NCBI GenBank assembly: GCA_016906335.1
Contig: JADEYG010000009.1
Location: 434,001 to 498,000 of the forward strand
DNA: 64,000 nucleotides
Origin: Novakomyces olei
Lineage: Eukaryota
Reading direction: 5' to 3'
Shown here: in pieces, positions 46,502 to 57,078 of the stretch
How the letters are laid out: each line of letters starts with the position of its first letter
Numbering within the stretch: the first letter of the stretch is position 1
Notes under the pieces: model-generated
Seen by the model: only the letters and a program-made list of their open reading frames with translations
Told to the model about the DNA's origin: nothing
Databases searched by the model: none
Translations under genes and position numbers: made by a program

Positions 46502-47524
46502 ATGGCTTCGGTTGTGGGTACTGTGCCGGATATGCCAATGTCCGACACGCATTCGCGTGTCATGGCTCAGTCGCGTGGACGGCAGTTCCGTGCGGGATCT
46601 TTGAGCGGACAAGACAATGTAGAAAAACCCGGGATTGCCGATAGCCGGCGCGGGACACGGAAAGCAGAGCACGTGAAACGAGGAGGCAAGAATCCCGTTA
46701 AACCAGCGATGGGAATAGAAGATGGAGTCGGTGTGCTGATATCGCCTTCGGGAGCAAAGGAGCCTGTTGCCAGACAAGCTGCGGATATGGACGTGGACCC
46801 GTTTGACCTGGAAAGCCGATTGGATGAAGACGAGGAAGAGGAGGAAGAAGAAGAAGAAGAAGAAGACGAGGAGGAGGCTAACCCTGATTCTTCAAGCACT
46901 GACGAAGAAGACTGGGAATCGATCGGCCCTCAGGCGCTACAGAGCTGCTCTACCTCCTTCTCAGTAGAAGCCTCACCTTCGTCCTTTGGAAGGCAGCCCC
47001 GGCTCTCCTTCTCTGCCCAGTCGACTGTGTCTCCTCGTCCAGGGCTGGGCTCTTCGCCACTACGGCCGATCCACTCTTCCTCTTTCAAGTCTTCAACGTT
47101 TGGCAGAGCACATGCTCATGCTTTTTCTTCGCCAGTGCTTGGCGCTTCTTCGCCTCACTCTTCGTCTCCAGCGGGGAACGGCATATCCTTCCCAAAGCAC
47201 CGAGTCGGCAGCAGTTCTGCTCGATCTCCCTTGCTCAAGGCTTCAACAGCAGGCCCGTTGTCTGAGCCAGTGAGCCCGCTGATTGGTCCAAGCGTTGCTG
47301 TCGGTGGGAGAGGAATTGCTCCCAAGATGCGACGAAAAAGCTCTACTACTGGACGGGTCTCTGCACTTAGTAGAGGCCTGGCGTCACTCGGGACTGGGGA
47401 TACTTCTGGCAATGGGACCGGTGTTTATAATAACAGGAAGCCGAGCATTGCCCGTACGGGGAGTGGTAAAGCGGATGATAGTGCAGCAGCCGCAGAGGCG
47501 ATGCTGATGCTTAGTGGCAAGTAG
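46502..47524 (+). CDS. Stb3-like disordered protein
   Basis: Acidic tract, STDEEDWESIGPQAL motif and C-terminal AAEAMLMLS, both resembling Stb3 motifs. Confidence 0.7.
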   Translation: MASVVGTVPDMPMSDTHSRVMAQSRGRQFRAGSLSGQDNVEKPGIADSRRGTRKAEHVKRGGKNPVKPAMGIEDGVGVLISPSGAKEPVARQAADMDVDPFDLESRLDEDEEEEEEEEEEEDEEEANPDSSSTDEEDWESIGPQALQSCSTSFSVEASPSSFGRQPRLSFSAQSTVSPRPGLGSSPLRPIHSSSFKSSTFGRAHAHAFSSPVLGASSPHSSSPAGNGISFPKHRVGSSSARSPLLKASTAGPLSEPVSPLIGPSVAVGGRGIAPKMRRKSSTTGRVSALSRGLASLGTGDTSGNGTGVYNNRKPSIARTGSGKADDSAAAAEAMLMLSGK

Positions 47525-48123
47525 CGGGGACACGCCTTCCGCACCCGCCTATTGTTTATACTGTTTTTTAAGCTTTTGTCTTGTTATTCTTCATATATTA
47601 TAATATTAATTCGTATGTTGACTGTATTTTTGACACCTTGTAAACGCTATAGTCGAAATTATAGGCTGTGTGCAGATCAGACAGCCGCTAAAGCCTGGCA
47701 AATTAGAACAAAACCTGGTTGGAGGGGACCGTGCCGTCTGCGCTTGCGTTCGATGGACTTTGCAGAGTGTTCAGATTTTACAAGATATTCCGTATTGTCT
47801 ATTACACTCGGACAGAGCTAGTGACTCTTATATTAGCCTCTCTGCGTTTGATTCTAGCTTTGATTTGAGGTGAAACTAGTTTAGTTTAATTTACGACTAG
47901 TTGTCTATTTGGCTCTATTCAAGAACTGTTTAGCTGTAAATCTTGGTAAATTTAGGGGTTCCCTAAATATTGGTTTCATACAATCTACTGAATAATAAAA
48001 ATATCATTAAAACAATATACGCACCCAGCAGCCGGAAAGAAGACACAAACTCGAATTCTTTCTGCAATTCTAGTTAGCGTACAGCCAAAGACTCGACTGG
48101 CTTTGAGCGCTAACAGACTCGCT

Positions 48124-49128
48124 TTATTTCGAAAGATAAGTTCGATAGTCTGTGTGTGAAAGATCAATAGCAATCTTTGTGTACTCGTCCAAATCTTCCT
48201 CCGGCAAACCCAAAGCCTTATTGGCCAATTTGCTCCTGAAATCGCCACAACCAACAGGGTAAAACACGCGAGCATAAAGCAATTTGCCAAAGCCCTGCCG
48301 ATTACCCGCCTCCAATTCCTTTTTCCCTTCCAAGTAACGTTCCTTGGAGCTCTGATGCTCGATTTTCCAGTCTGCTTCCTTTGTTCCAGTGACCCGTAAT
48401 ATAGAATCAAGCATATCTCTCTGGCTTATGAAAAAGCTCGAGATGTACACATACTTGTCGCTAAATTGATCAAGAGTCAGTGCGGGCTTCCCTCCTATTT
48501 TATGTATAGGAAAACTGAGCAATTTAGCCACAGCTCTCCCGCACTGAGGCCAAGTAGAAACGTTTATTTTCGTATTGCCGTCATCGTAAAAAGTTGCTTC
48601 ACGATTGGCCACATCAAATCCAAAAGAAAACTTGAAATTTGTGAGACTATGCTCATACCAGAAGCTGCAGGCAAGACCGATCCAGTGAATATTTCCTTTA
48701 CTCTCAATGTACGCTCGAACTCGAGCTTCACCGGGTCCAAGGAGAATATCATTCATCATTTCTGTCTGATCGGGATCTGAGCCATAAGAATTCGGCATTA
48801 TCCATCGCACTCCTGCCTCCGAAGCAGCATCCACCAGTTTGATCTGTGTATCTGGCGGAGCGTATACTGAAAGAGTTATTATAAGCATATCCTGACCTTT
48901 TAAAGCTCTGACAAGCGTGGCCTGGTCGCTATAGTCGACCTTGGCCACCAATGCGCCTTCTGGTACAGAGTTCGTCGAGTCTTGTCGAGTAACAGCTGTG
49001 ACTTTGTGCTGTCCTGTTTGCAAAAGGGATTCCGTGATTGCTTTTCCGATATGGCCACCGGCGCCGACTATTGCAATATTGGCGACATAGTTGCCCTGCG
49101 CAAGAGGGGACTGGTTGTGCTGAGCCAT
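48124..49128 (-). CDS. NmrA/isoflavone-reductase-like oxidoreductase (CipA-type), intronless
   Basis: IAIVGAGGHIGKAI Rossmann motif, AGVRWIMPNSYG, STWPQCGRAVAKLL. Confidence 0.92.
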   Translation of the reverse strand: MAQHNQSPLAQGNYVANIAIVGAGGHIGKAITESLLQTGQHKVTAVTRQDSTNSVPEGALVAKVDYSDQATLVRALKGQDMLIITLSVYAPPDTQIKLVDAASEAGVRWIMPNSYGSDPDQTEMMNDILLGPGEARVRAYIESKGNIHWIGLACSFWYEHSLTNFKFSFGFDVANREATFYDDGNTKINVSTWPQCGRAVAKLLSFPIHKIGGKPALTLDQFSDKYVYISSFFISQRDMLDSILRVTGTKEADWKIEHQSSKERYLEGKKELEAGNRQGFGKLLYARVFYPVGCGDFRSKLANKALGLPEEDLDEYTKIAIDLSHTDYRTYLSK

Positions 49129-49194
49129 TGGATTGGTGAGTGCTGATTAAAGGCGAATGTGGATATATACCTGGCAGATGTGAGCGGCGCGTGC

Positions 49195-49535
49195 TATTTA
49201 TAGAGTGCCTTGCTCGGCGTTAGTTTAACTCCGGTAGTTAAAGCCGTGGACGGAGCTTACTCACTTAACGCCGTCACGGCGTTAAGAATCGGGCCATCCT
49301 GCCCACACAGACGAGCCGCGGACGGTCCATTTGCCAAATGATGCCGCTGGCATTGCTGTCGCTGACGACGTTTGGTGCACACCTTGCCGGTGCATCTGGC
49401 TAAGCGTGTATCTATGGACTCGGCATAGTAATCTCGCGTTATTAGTGAACCGGCGTAAATCTCGCGGCGTTAAGTATCTACGGCGTTAATAATCTACGGT
49501 ATTAACAATCTATAGCGTAAGTACTACGGAGCTGA
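49195..49535 (-). promoter_or_regulatory. TATA box and clustered CGGCGTTAA-like sites upstream of the NmrA-like gene
   Basis: TATAAATA at 49202-49195; palindrome at 49264-49286; about 10 related sites. Confidence 0.6.
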
Positions 49536-50353
49536 TTACTTGGTACTATACAGTAAATTAAAACGCGGGATAGCCAGAATAACAACAAGATATATACGTA
49601 CATGCATACAAGATATTAATTTTATTTTTTCTAATGATAATTCATTTCGTTCTTCGAGGTACAATATTTATATTATATTATTATTTGTAAATTTAAAATT
49701 AGATTTATAAATAATGATATATGTATAATAAAAATTATATATATAATTAAAATATTTTTTATTAATTAAAACATAATAAAATACTAAATCTACAATTATT
49801 CACTTTTTTTCTATAAAAGGCGGCTCAAAACATGAATGCGAGTCAAGACTATGGACAAGTCAAACGGCTGGCAGTATTAGCAAACGCGTTCAAGTACAAT
49901 CTTTATTCACGGAAATGCGGAAATTCGAATTCCCCTGAGCGGATTCGTGCTAAATATTTCCAAAAGCACTGTAATGTACTTTTGACCTGTAATGCATTCC
50001 GTAGCCTATACACTATGACGATTGTATATGATTGTCTGAGGATAGGAAGGACCTATAAATAAGTAAAAAATAAATAAATAAATAAATAAAGAATAAATAT
50101 ATATATAAAAAATAAAGAATAAACGGCTACGTCCATACAAACATCATCATGTCATTGCTGGTGTCGTAACGAGGAGCGGCAAATACAACGAGCGTGGGAC
50201 GGAGACGCGACCAAAAGACGTAAATACGATCGTGTAGATTGTATCGGCATTGTCTTTGCTTTACTCTTTCAAATTGATCCTCAATTTGTCTCTTATTTCG
50301 CCACGCGGACGTACGCTTTATATCATTTCGCGATTCTCAGAGTCAGTGCCGCA

Positions 50354-50723
50354 ATGTACTCCGTTCTTGGAGCCGCAGAAACGTGGATATGCAGAATTTC
50401 GGTACGTGCGTCGTCCTTGACAGCTACTAAATGCACTTTAGCTTCTAGCGGCAATTGTTATTATACTTCCCACGCTGATCACGATTATGCTTGACGTTTG
50501 CTTATGGCTGTTTCGGCAGACTGAGAGTTCTGCAAAGAAAACTCACGCTCGATTTCGCAAAGCAAGCTCTAGCAATCCGAATTTGCAAAAGATCTTATCG
50601 TTCAATAAACGTGCTGCAGATCCACCAAGGCCAAGCAGCGAACCGCAATCGTCATCGACCTCTGCTTCTTTTTCTTTAACGCAAGCAACAGACACAGCGT
50701 CAGAAGAAGCAGTGGCGAATTAA
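50354..50723 (+). CDS. Small membrane protein, 2 exons (start missed by the ORF track)
   Basis: Exon 50354-50401, 40-nt intron (GTACGT...CTAAAT...TAG), exon 50442-50723: MYSVLGAAETWICRISLLAAIVIILPTLITIMLDVCLWLFRQ. Confidence 0.7.
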
Positions 50724-51128
50724 TAGGGTGCATTTTGGGCTATTTTTTGTTTTGCTAATCTTTGTCAGTCCCAATATTTTATCTGCTTTTATCCTTTTTG
50801 CACTTCCGGACCTGCGTCTTTTGCCTGTCTTCACTGGTTTGCTCCTCGGTGGCCAAAACGGCGTCGCAATGTTGTTTAAAATAAAATTACGGGTGGAAGC
50901 TTTAAGGGGACTGCGACAAGTCTTGATTGCCACATCCGTTCAAGCAGTTTGTGTATAATCGTCTACCAGTCAGTTATGATTGTCTACCACTATGTGCAAT
51001 AACTGTCTATACCAGACTTTTATTTAAAACTTGTGCACAAAGAGCTTCCTGCCCGTTAATTTATACCCATGCGATAATGATACTACAGCCAAAAGCTCTA
51101 ATCTTGATAGCAGTAAAGACCAAGTCAA

Positions 51129-51968
51129 TTAAAGCGCACCAAGCTCCTTCAGCTTGGATACGAGCTCCGATACATTTTCGACTTTGTGCCCGCCCTTGCG
51201 TGCTGGAGGCTCTTCCACTTTCAAAGTCTCCAAGCGCGGTTTTATGTCTACATCAAACTCTGCAAGCTCCTTTGTCGCAAGCGGCTTCTTCTTGGCCTTC
51301 ATAATCGATGCCAGCGCCAGATAGCGAGGCTTATTAAGCCTCAAGTCTGTCGTAATAACAATGGGTAAATCTGCCTCCACCGTATCCGTTCCCCCATCGA
51401 TTTCTCGGTCCACTACTACCTTGTCGCCAGAGAAAGTAATCTTGCTGGCACAAGTCGCCTGTGGCCAGTCCAACAGACCAGCGAGCATTTGACCCGTTTG
51501 ATGGCAATCGTCGTCAATGCTCTGCTTCCCAAGAATTACGAGGTTTACCTTTTCCTCCTCAACGACTTTTTTGAAAATTTTAGCTATGGCCAAAGGCTCA
51601 ATAGTCGCATTGTCTGCCGTCTGTACCAAGATCGATCTGTCGGCTCCCATCGCTAACGCATTTCGTAAGATATCCCCAGATTTTTTGGGTCCACATGAAA
51701 CGGCCAAAATATCTTCAACACGATCCTTATCGTGCTCGCGCATTTTGACTGCTTCCTCCATAGCGATCTCGCAAAACGGATTCATCTGTAACATTAGACG
51801 GCGGCCGCTTCATGACGAAACAATGGTGTATGGAAATAATGGCAATTACTGGCTTACACTCATTTTTTGGCCCGTCAAATCAAAACCTGTATTTTGCTTG
51901 TTGATCCGGGGTTTTAACGCATAGTCAAGAACGCGCTTAACGCCGACGAGCGCTCGTACTTTAGACAT
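51129..51968 (-). CDS. CIR1: Electron transfer flavoprotein beta subunit, 2 exons
   Basis: VGVKRVLDY, MSMNPFCEIAMEEA, GKQSIDDD, REIDGG, DLRLNKPRY; intron 51857-51786. Confidence 0.96.
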
Positions 51969-52049
51969 TGGCACTCACTGCCTTTTCTTGCCGCGGTGTC
52001 AAACGGCAATACGCATATAAATGTGGAATACAAGTTTTGTTCAATATTT

Positions 52050-52190
52050 GATTATATTTATTATTATTATATTTATTCTTATATTTATTATTATTATATT
52101 TATTCTTATATTTATTATTATTATATTTATTCTTATATTTATTATTATTATATTTATTCTTATATTTATTATTATTATATATATTATTAT
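52050..52190 (+). repeat. 27-bp AT-rich minisatellite x~5
   Basis: (TATATTTATTATTATTATATTTATTCT)n. Confidence 0.9.
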
Positions 52191-52375
52191 GTTTTAGTAA
52201 AATACGAAAAGTATAGTGTCTTATAATAATAGAGGTAGCATAAAATACAGATTGTATTGTTACAATTAAAGTACAATTTTATTGTGAAGCAGTTCCTTTA
52301 TTTGCATTTGAAAATAATGCTTCCGTAATGTAGCAATAAATGTGATGTTTATCTACGGACTGCGTTTTTCTCGCT

Positions 52376-53647
52376 CTATTTCTCTACGCTTTTCCGTTTT
52401 TTGCTCGCCTTTTCGCGTTTACGCTCGGCTGCTTTTAATTGCGCTTCACGATCAGTCTTTCCGAGTGCTTGCAGCTCTTTTGCCCTTTCAAGAACAAAAG
52501 CATCATCTTTACTCCTCCCTACTAAATCTCTCAGCAGTGTAATTTCATCCGTCCAAATTTGAGGATCTTCTGCTGGCGTTTCCAGCACCATTGGCAATTG
52601 CTCGTTCCGCTTATCGTTCACGACGAGACGAAAAGCCTCAAGGCCCAAGTAGCCGCGGCCTATAAAAGCATGCAAGTCTCTATTCTCACCCAATTGAGCT
52701 CGAGAGTCGTTCAGATGCCAGGCCGCAAGGTACTCTGAACCCACAATACGGTCAAACTCGCCCATGGTATTTTGGTAGGAGGCTGCATCACGTAAATCGT
52801 AGCCTGCAGCAAATAAATGGCACGTATCAAGGCAAACGCCAATACGAGAACGATCTTCAACCTTATCAATAATGCTCGCTAAATGCTCAAACTTCCCGCC
52901 AATAATAGCGCCTTGTCCCGCCATATTTTCCACCAATATTCTCACAAATTTCGTTTCCGCAATTGCTTGATTTAGTCGGCGAGCAATATTACTGATCCCC
53001 TCTTCTGCATCGGCGCACGAGGAATAAGAACCAGGGTGGAAATTGAACATGCCAATCCCTAAACTTTCTGCCCTGTGCAAATCGTCCACAAAAGCATCAT
53101 AAGCCTGGTCGTTCTTGGCCTTATCGGCCTGAGCCAAATTAACGAGATAGCTCCCATGCGGCAGAACTTGATGCCGCGCAGAAAAGTTTTCGCTAGCACA
53201 CGATTCATGCCACCGTTCGACCTGCTCTTTGGCCATTGGCGGCGATGACCAACGTCTTTGATTCTTTAGGAAAAGTGCAAAGGCATTGGCTCCTAATTGC
53301 CGAGCATTCACGATTGCATTCGCAGGCCCACCTGCTGCCGAAACGTGTGCTCCAATAAGCAAGCGCGGCATTTCTGATTTATCAGAGTCCAGCTGATCTT
53401 TGGACTCTGATTTTGTATCCAACTGCTCTGGTCTCGCGTCTTGTTTCGCCTCTGTCTCTTCTCCGTTTGCGTCTTTCGCTTTTATTACGCCGTTCGTTTT
53501 AGCACCTCCGTTTGCTTGATTAGACTCACGCGTACTTGGCTGTGCGGGGGTTTCTGCGCTATTGTTTTCCTGTTTTCTGGGTTCCTCTTTTGTCTCCACG
53601 TCGGCCTCTTTTGTTTCGGATTTAGTCCGATGACGTTTTCGCGGCAT
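52376..53647 (-). CDS. APN1: AP endonuclease, endonuclease IV family
   Basis: GAHVSAAGG, PHGSYLVNL, NFHPG, ENMAG, CLDTCH, HLNDS, DLH, LETP. Confidence 0.96.
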   Translation of the reverse strand: MPRKRHRTKSETKEADVETKEEPRKQENNSAETPAQPSTRESNQANGGAKTNGVIKAKDANGEETEAKQDARPEQLDTKSESKDQLDSDKSEMPRLLIGAHVSAAGGPANAIVNARQLGANAFALFLKNQRRWSSPPMAKEQVERWHESCASENFSARHQVLPHGSYLVNLAQADKAKNDQAYDAFVDDLHRAESLGIGMFNFHPGSYSSCADAEEGISNIARRLNQAIAETKFVRILVENMAGQGAIIGGKFEHLASIIDKVEDRSRIGVCLDTCHLFAAGYDLRDAASYQNTMGEFDRIVGSEYLAAWHLNDSRAQLGENRDLHAFIGRGYLGLEAFRLVVNDKRNEQLPMVLETPAEDPQIWTDEITLLRDLVGRSKDDAFVLERAKELQALGKTDREAQLKAAERKREKASKKRKSVEK

Positions 53648-54091
53648 TCTTTTCAATTGACTCGGACTTTTAACTTTTCAATTGCTTTATATCTGCGTAA
53701 TGTGCACAAGCAGCTTTAACTCCATCAAATGTCCGACTGCATTGAGCCGCTAAATGGTTTGATTACGTATGGTTTACTCTGTTTAGCGCGCGATAATGAC
53801 GGTCTTTTTTGGATCCCGATAAGATTATCTGAACAGTTTTTATTTAGTATTCATTTTCAGCGTTTTAATCCACTCGAATTTTATTATTACTCCTATTGAT
53901 TTATTGATTAATTAATTAATTAACTAATTTATTTATTTATTATCCTCGACTATCACGCGTAAAGGCCGAGCAGAAATACTGCTTGACGTTTAGTACAAGC
54001 AATACGAACTGTGTCTGCTATAGCAACACGTCCACAGACGAATCCTTTTAAGAAATAATTACTGCCACTATTGCATAATAAAAGCGATAGG

Positions 54092-54125
54092 ATGAGTCAG
54101 GGTAGGGCAGGGTGACTGCTATAAA
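54092..54125 (+). promoter_or_regulatory. Homol-E plus inverted Homol-D ribosomal-protein promoter module
   Basis: AGGGTAGGGC (54099-54108), GGTGACTG (54111-54118), then TATAAA; overlapping TGAGTCA. Confidence 0.65.
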
Positions 54126-54193
54126 GTAAACCAGCAAGAGACTATACACAACAACGACAACAGTGTACATTATACACACTACACATTTCAATC

Positions 54194-54798
54194 ATGAAGT
54201 ATCCCGCCGCGTCCGCTCCTGCTCTTAAGAAGGCGCGCAAGGCACAGCGCCCGGCCAAGCTGCGGTCATCGGTAAGAATTGCAAATTATGCTTTTCGGGG
54301 GTTTTGATTATTCTCCCATCTTCTATTTTGAGGATTACAAGTCTAACAATTGAACAGCTGGTACCGGGAGCCGTTCTCATCTTGCTGGCCGGCCGATTCC
54401 GTGGAAAGCGCGTAGTACTGCTCAAGGTTTTGGAGAGCGGACTGTTGCTGGTTTCAGGCCCATTCAAGGTGAATGGTGTGCCTTTGCGCCGTGTCAACCA
54501 CAAATACGTGATCGCCACGTCCACACGTGTTTCGCTACCGGACTCGCTTTCATTGGACAAGTTTGACAGCGCCTATTTCGCACGGGAAAAGTCAGAGAAG
54601 GCTCGCAAGGGCGAGGCCGACTTTTTCCAGGATGACAAGCCGGTAAAGAAAACGGTGGCAGAGTCTCGCATTGCCGATCAAAAGCAGGTTGACTCGGAAC
54701 TGCTCAAGGCCATCAAGCAGGTCACGGGTCTCAAGGAGTACCTGGCCGCCTCCTTCTCTCTCAGCAAGGGCGACCGCCCGCATCTCATGAAGTTTTAG
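54194..54798 (+). CDS. RPL6: 60S ribosomal protein eL6, 2 exons
   Basis: [45 protein letters not shown]; intron 54272-54357. Confidence 0.97.
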
Positions 54799-55319
54799 GA
54801 CTTTTACCATCATTTTGACAGCGAAATGTAGGTTCAAGTAGGGATTTTCACATGTCACATTTACGCTTGTACCGTATATATAAATATATCCTGCAGGATG
54901 CGTGTATCATGATACGGTAGATTATACATAATTTCAATGCTTGTAATCGTACCGTCTGCAGCACTCGCATGCTCAGACTCCCATCGAAGGCGTCAATCTT
55001 GTTTCCAATATTGCCATACCCTTATCCTTTTTCATACATTTTCATATCCATATTCACTTTTATATACATATACATATACATATGGCACAGTCGATCATCA
55101 AGACCATTATAGGCGGACGGGCCCCGTGGGTCAATTTAATATTGGCAATTACATATATTAATCCTTGACAGAAAAAAACCGCAAATATGAGGCCCATACG
55201 TAAGGAGACCGACCATGTTTGCCTGTTGCGCTCTATATACGAAGGCAGTCGGACATTTCCGACAGGCGTATTATATAACGTATATTATATAGACGTAGAG
55301 TACGTATTATAGTATATTA

Positions 55320-55442
55320 TTGTACCAAGTACTATTATACTATTATACTATTATACTATTATAGTACTATTATACTATAGTACTATTATACTATTATACT
55401 ATTATACTATTATACTATATATAGTACTATAGTATTATAGTA
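55320..55442 (+). repeat. 8-bp repeat (TATACTAT)n upstream of the aminotransferase
   Basis: Tandem copies. Confidence 0.9.
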
Positions 55443-55480
55443 CTTTTGCCTACTGCCTATTGCCAATCTGACGGTGGAGA

Positions 55481-56716
55481 ATGAGACGGCAGAGCTTGTC
55501 GCTCGATGCGACACCGCACGCAGAACCGGACGCGGTCTTTGAGCTGTCGCGGCGGTACGGAATTGACGATAATAAGAACAAAATAAATCTCGGCGTCGGA
55601 GCGTACCGCGACACAAAAGGCCGCCCTGTCGTATTGGGCAGTGTGCGAAAAGCTCTGCGCCGGGTCTATGACGAGTCTGCGCTGCACTTTGAGTACTCGA
55701 CGATGGCGGGTATCGCCGAGTACACTGACCTCGCCGCGCGGACCGTCTTTGGCCGCGGCAGCCGGCGACTGAACAGCGGCGAAATTGCCTCTGTCCAGAC
55801 CGTCGGTGGCACCGGCGCAAACCATTTAGCCGCTCTCTTTCTCCGCCAATTCTGGCCGCACTCTTCCGCCCGGCCGCGTATTTACGTAAGCAATCCTACG
55901 TGGGCCAACCATCACGTGCTCCTGTCCGCCGCGGGTCTGGAATGCGTTCCCTACGCGTACTGGGACGCGTCGGCACGCGCTATCGATATTGAGGGAATGC
56001 TGAGCGCGTTACGCGACGCGCCGGAGGGCAGTATCGTGCTCCTGCACGCGTGCGCACACAATCCCACGGGCGTCGATCCCACGCAAGAGCAGTGGCGGCA
56101 GATTGCGCGTGTCGTGCTGTCGCGTGGGCTGTTGCCCTTCTTTGACGCTGCCTATTTGGGCTTCGCGAGCGGCGATCTCGACGCGGATGCGTGGGCTGTC
56201 CGCGAGTTCTTTGACGTGTTCGGTATGGAGGGAGTCGTGTGCCAGAGCTTTTCAAAGTCAATGGGGCTCTATAGCGAACGCACGGGGGCTCTGCACGTTG
56301 TCTGCCAATCACAATCGCGCAGCAATGTGCTCTCACAACTCGCTCACCTCGCGCGGTCAGAGTACTCGTGCCCTCCGTCCAACGGAGCACGTATCGCTCT
56401 CTGCGTCCTCGGCAGCAGCGACCTTTTTAGACTATGGCAGACGGAGCTGCAGACTATGGCCCAGCGGATCCGCGATATGAGGGCCGCTCTGCGCTCCGCT
56501 CTCGAGACACGAGGCACTCCGGGATCCTGGCGCCATATTACGGAGCAGATTGGCATGTTTTCTTACACGGGACTCACGCCTGCTCAAGTGCACAGGCTCG
56601 TGGAGGAGTACCACGTCTACTGCACCGACAATGGCCGCATCAGTGTCAGCGGGATTACGCCAGACAACGTCGAGTACCTGGCCGATTCGATAGACGCATG
56701 CGTTCGGTCTGCTTAG
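55481..56716 (+). CDS. Aspartate aminotransferase, cytosolic Aat2-like, intronless
   Basis: NLGVGAYRD, NPTWANH, LHACAHNPTGVDP, PLP lysine in QSFSKSMGLYSER, QIGMFSYTGL, GRIS. Confidence 0.93.
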   Translation: MRRQSLSLDATPHAEPDAVFELSRRYGIDDNKNKINLGVGAYRDTKGRPVVLGSVRKALRRVYDESALHFEYSTMAGIAEYTDLAARTVFGRGSRRLNSGEIASVQTVGGTGANHLAALFLRQFWPHSSARPRIYVSNPTWANHHVLLSAAGLECVPYAYWDASARAIDIEGMLSALRDAPEGSIVLLHACAHNPTGVDPTQEQWRQIARVVLSRGLLPFFDAAYLGFASGDLDADAWAVREFFDVFGMEGVVCQSFSKSMGLYSERTGALHVVCQSQSRSNVLSQLAHLARSEYSCPPSNGARIALCVLGSSDLFRLWQTELQTMAQRIRDMRAALRSALETRGTPGSWRHITEQIGMFSYTGLTPAQVHRLVEEYHVYCTDNGRISVSGITPDNVEYLADSIDACVRSA

Positions 56717-56732
56717 CTCTGCACGTTTGTAG

Positions 56733-56808
56733 AATTAGATTAGATTAGATTAGATTAAAAAGTAGATTAAGTAGATTAGATTAGATTAGATTAGATTAGA
56801 TTAGATTA
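56733..56808 (+). repeat. (TTAGA)n
   Basis: Pentamer run after the stop codon. Confidence 0.9.
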
Positions 56809-57078
56809 TCAAAAAGCAAACATTACAGCTCCACACAATGTTCTTTTAAACATCTTCTCTGAATAGCTGTTCTTCTACATACGTGTTTGTTCTATATAGT
56901 GGTTCTGAATAGCCCCTGTAGATAGCTCTTCCAAGTGGCGAATACATGCCTAATCTATCCAGCTTTCTTATTTATAATAATTATTTTCAAACATTCACAA
57001 TGCTCGACGATAATTCGATGTACGTATAAAATACGGCATACTTGTTTGCTTGCACTTTTCTAAACATGTCTCATATCA

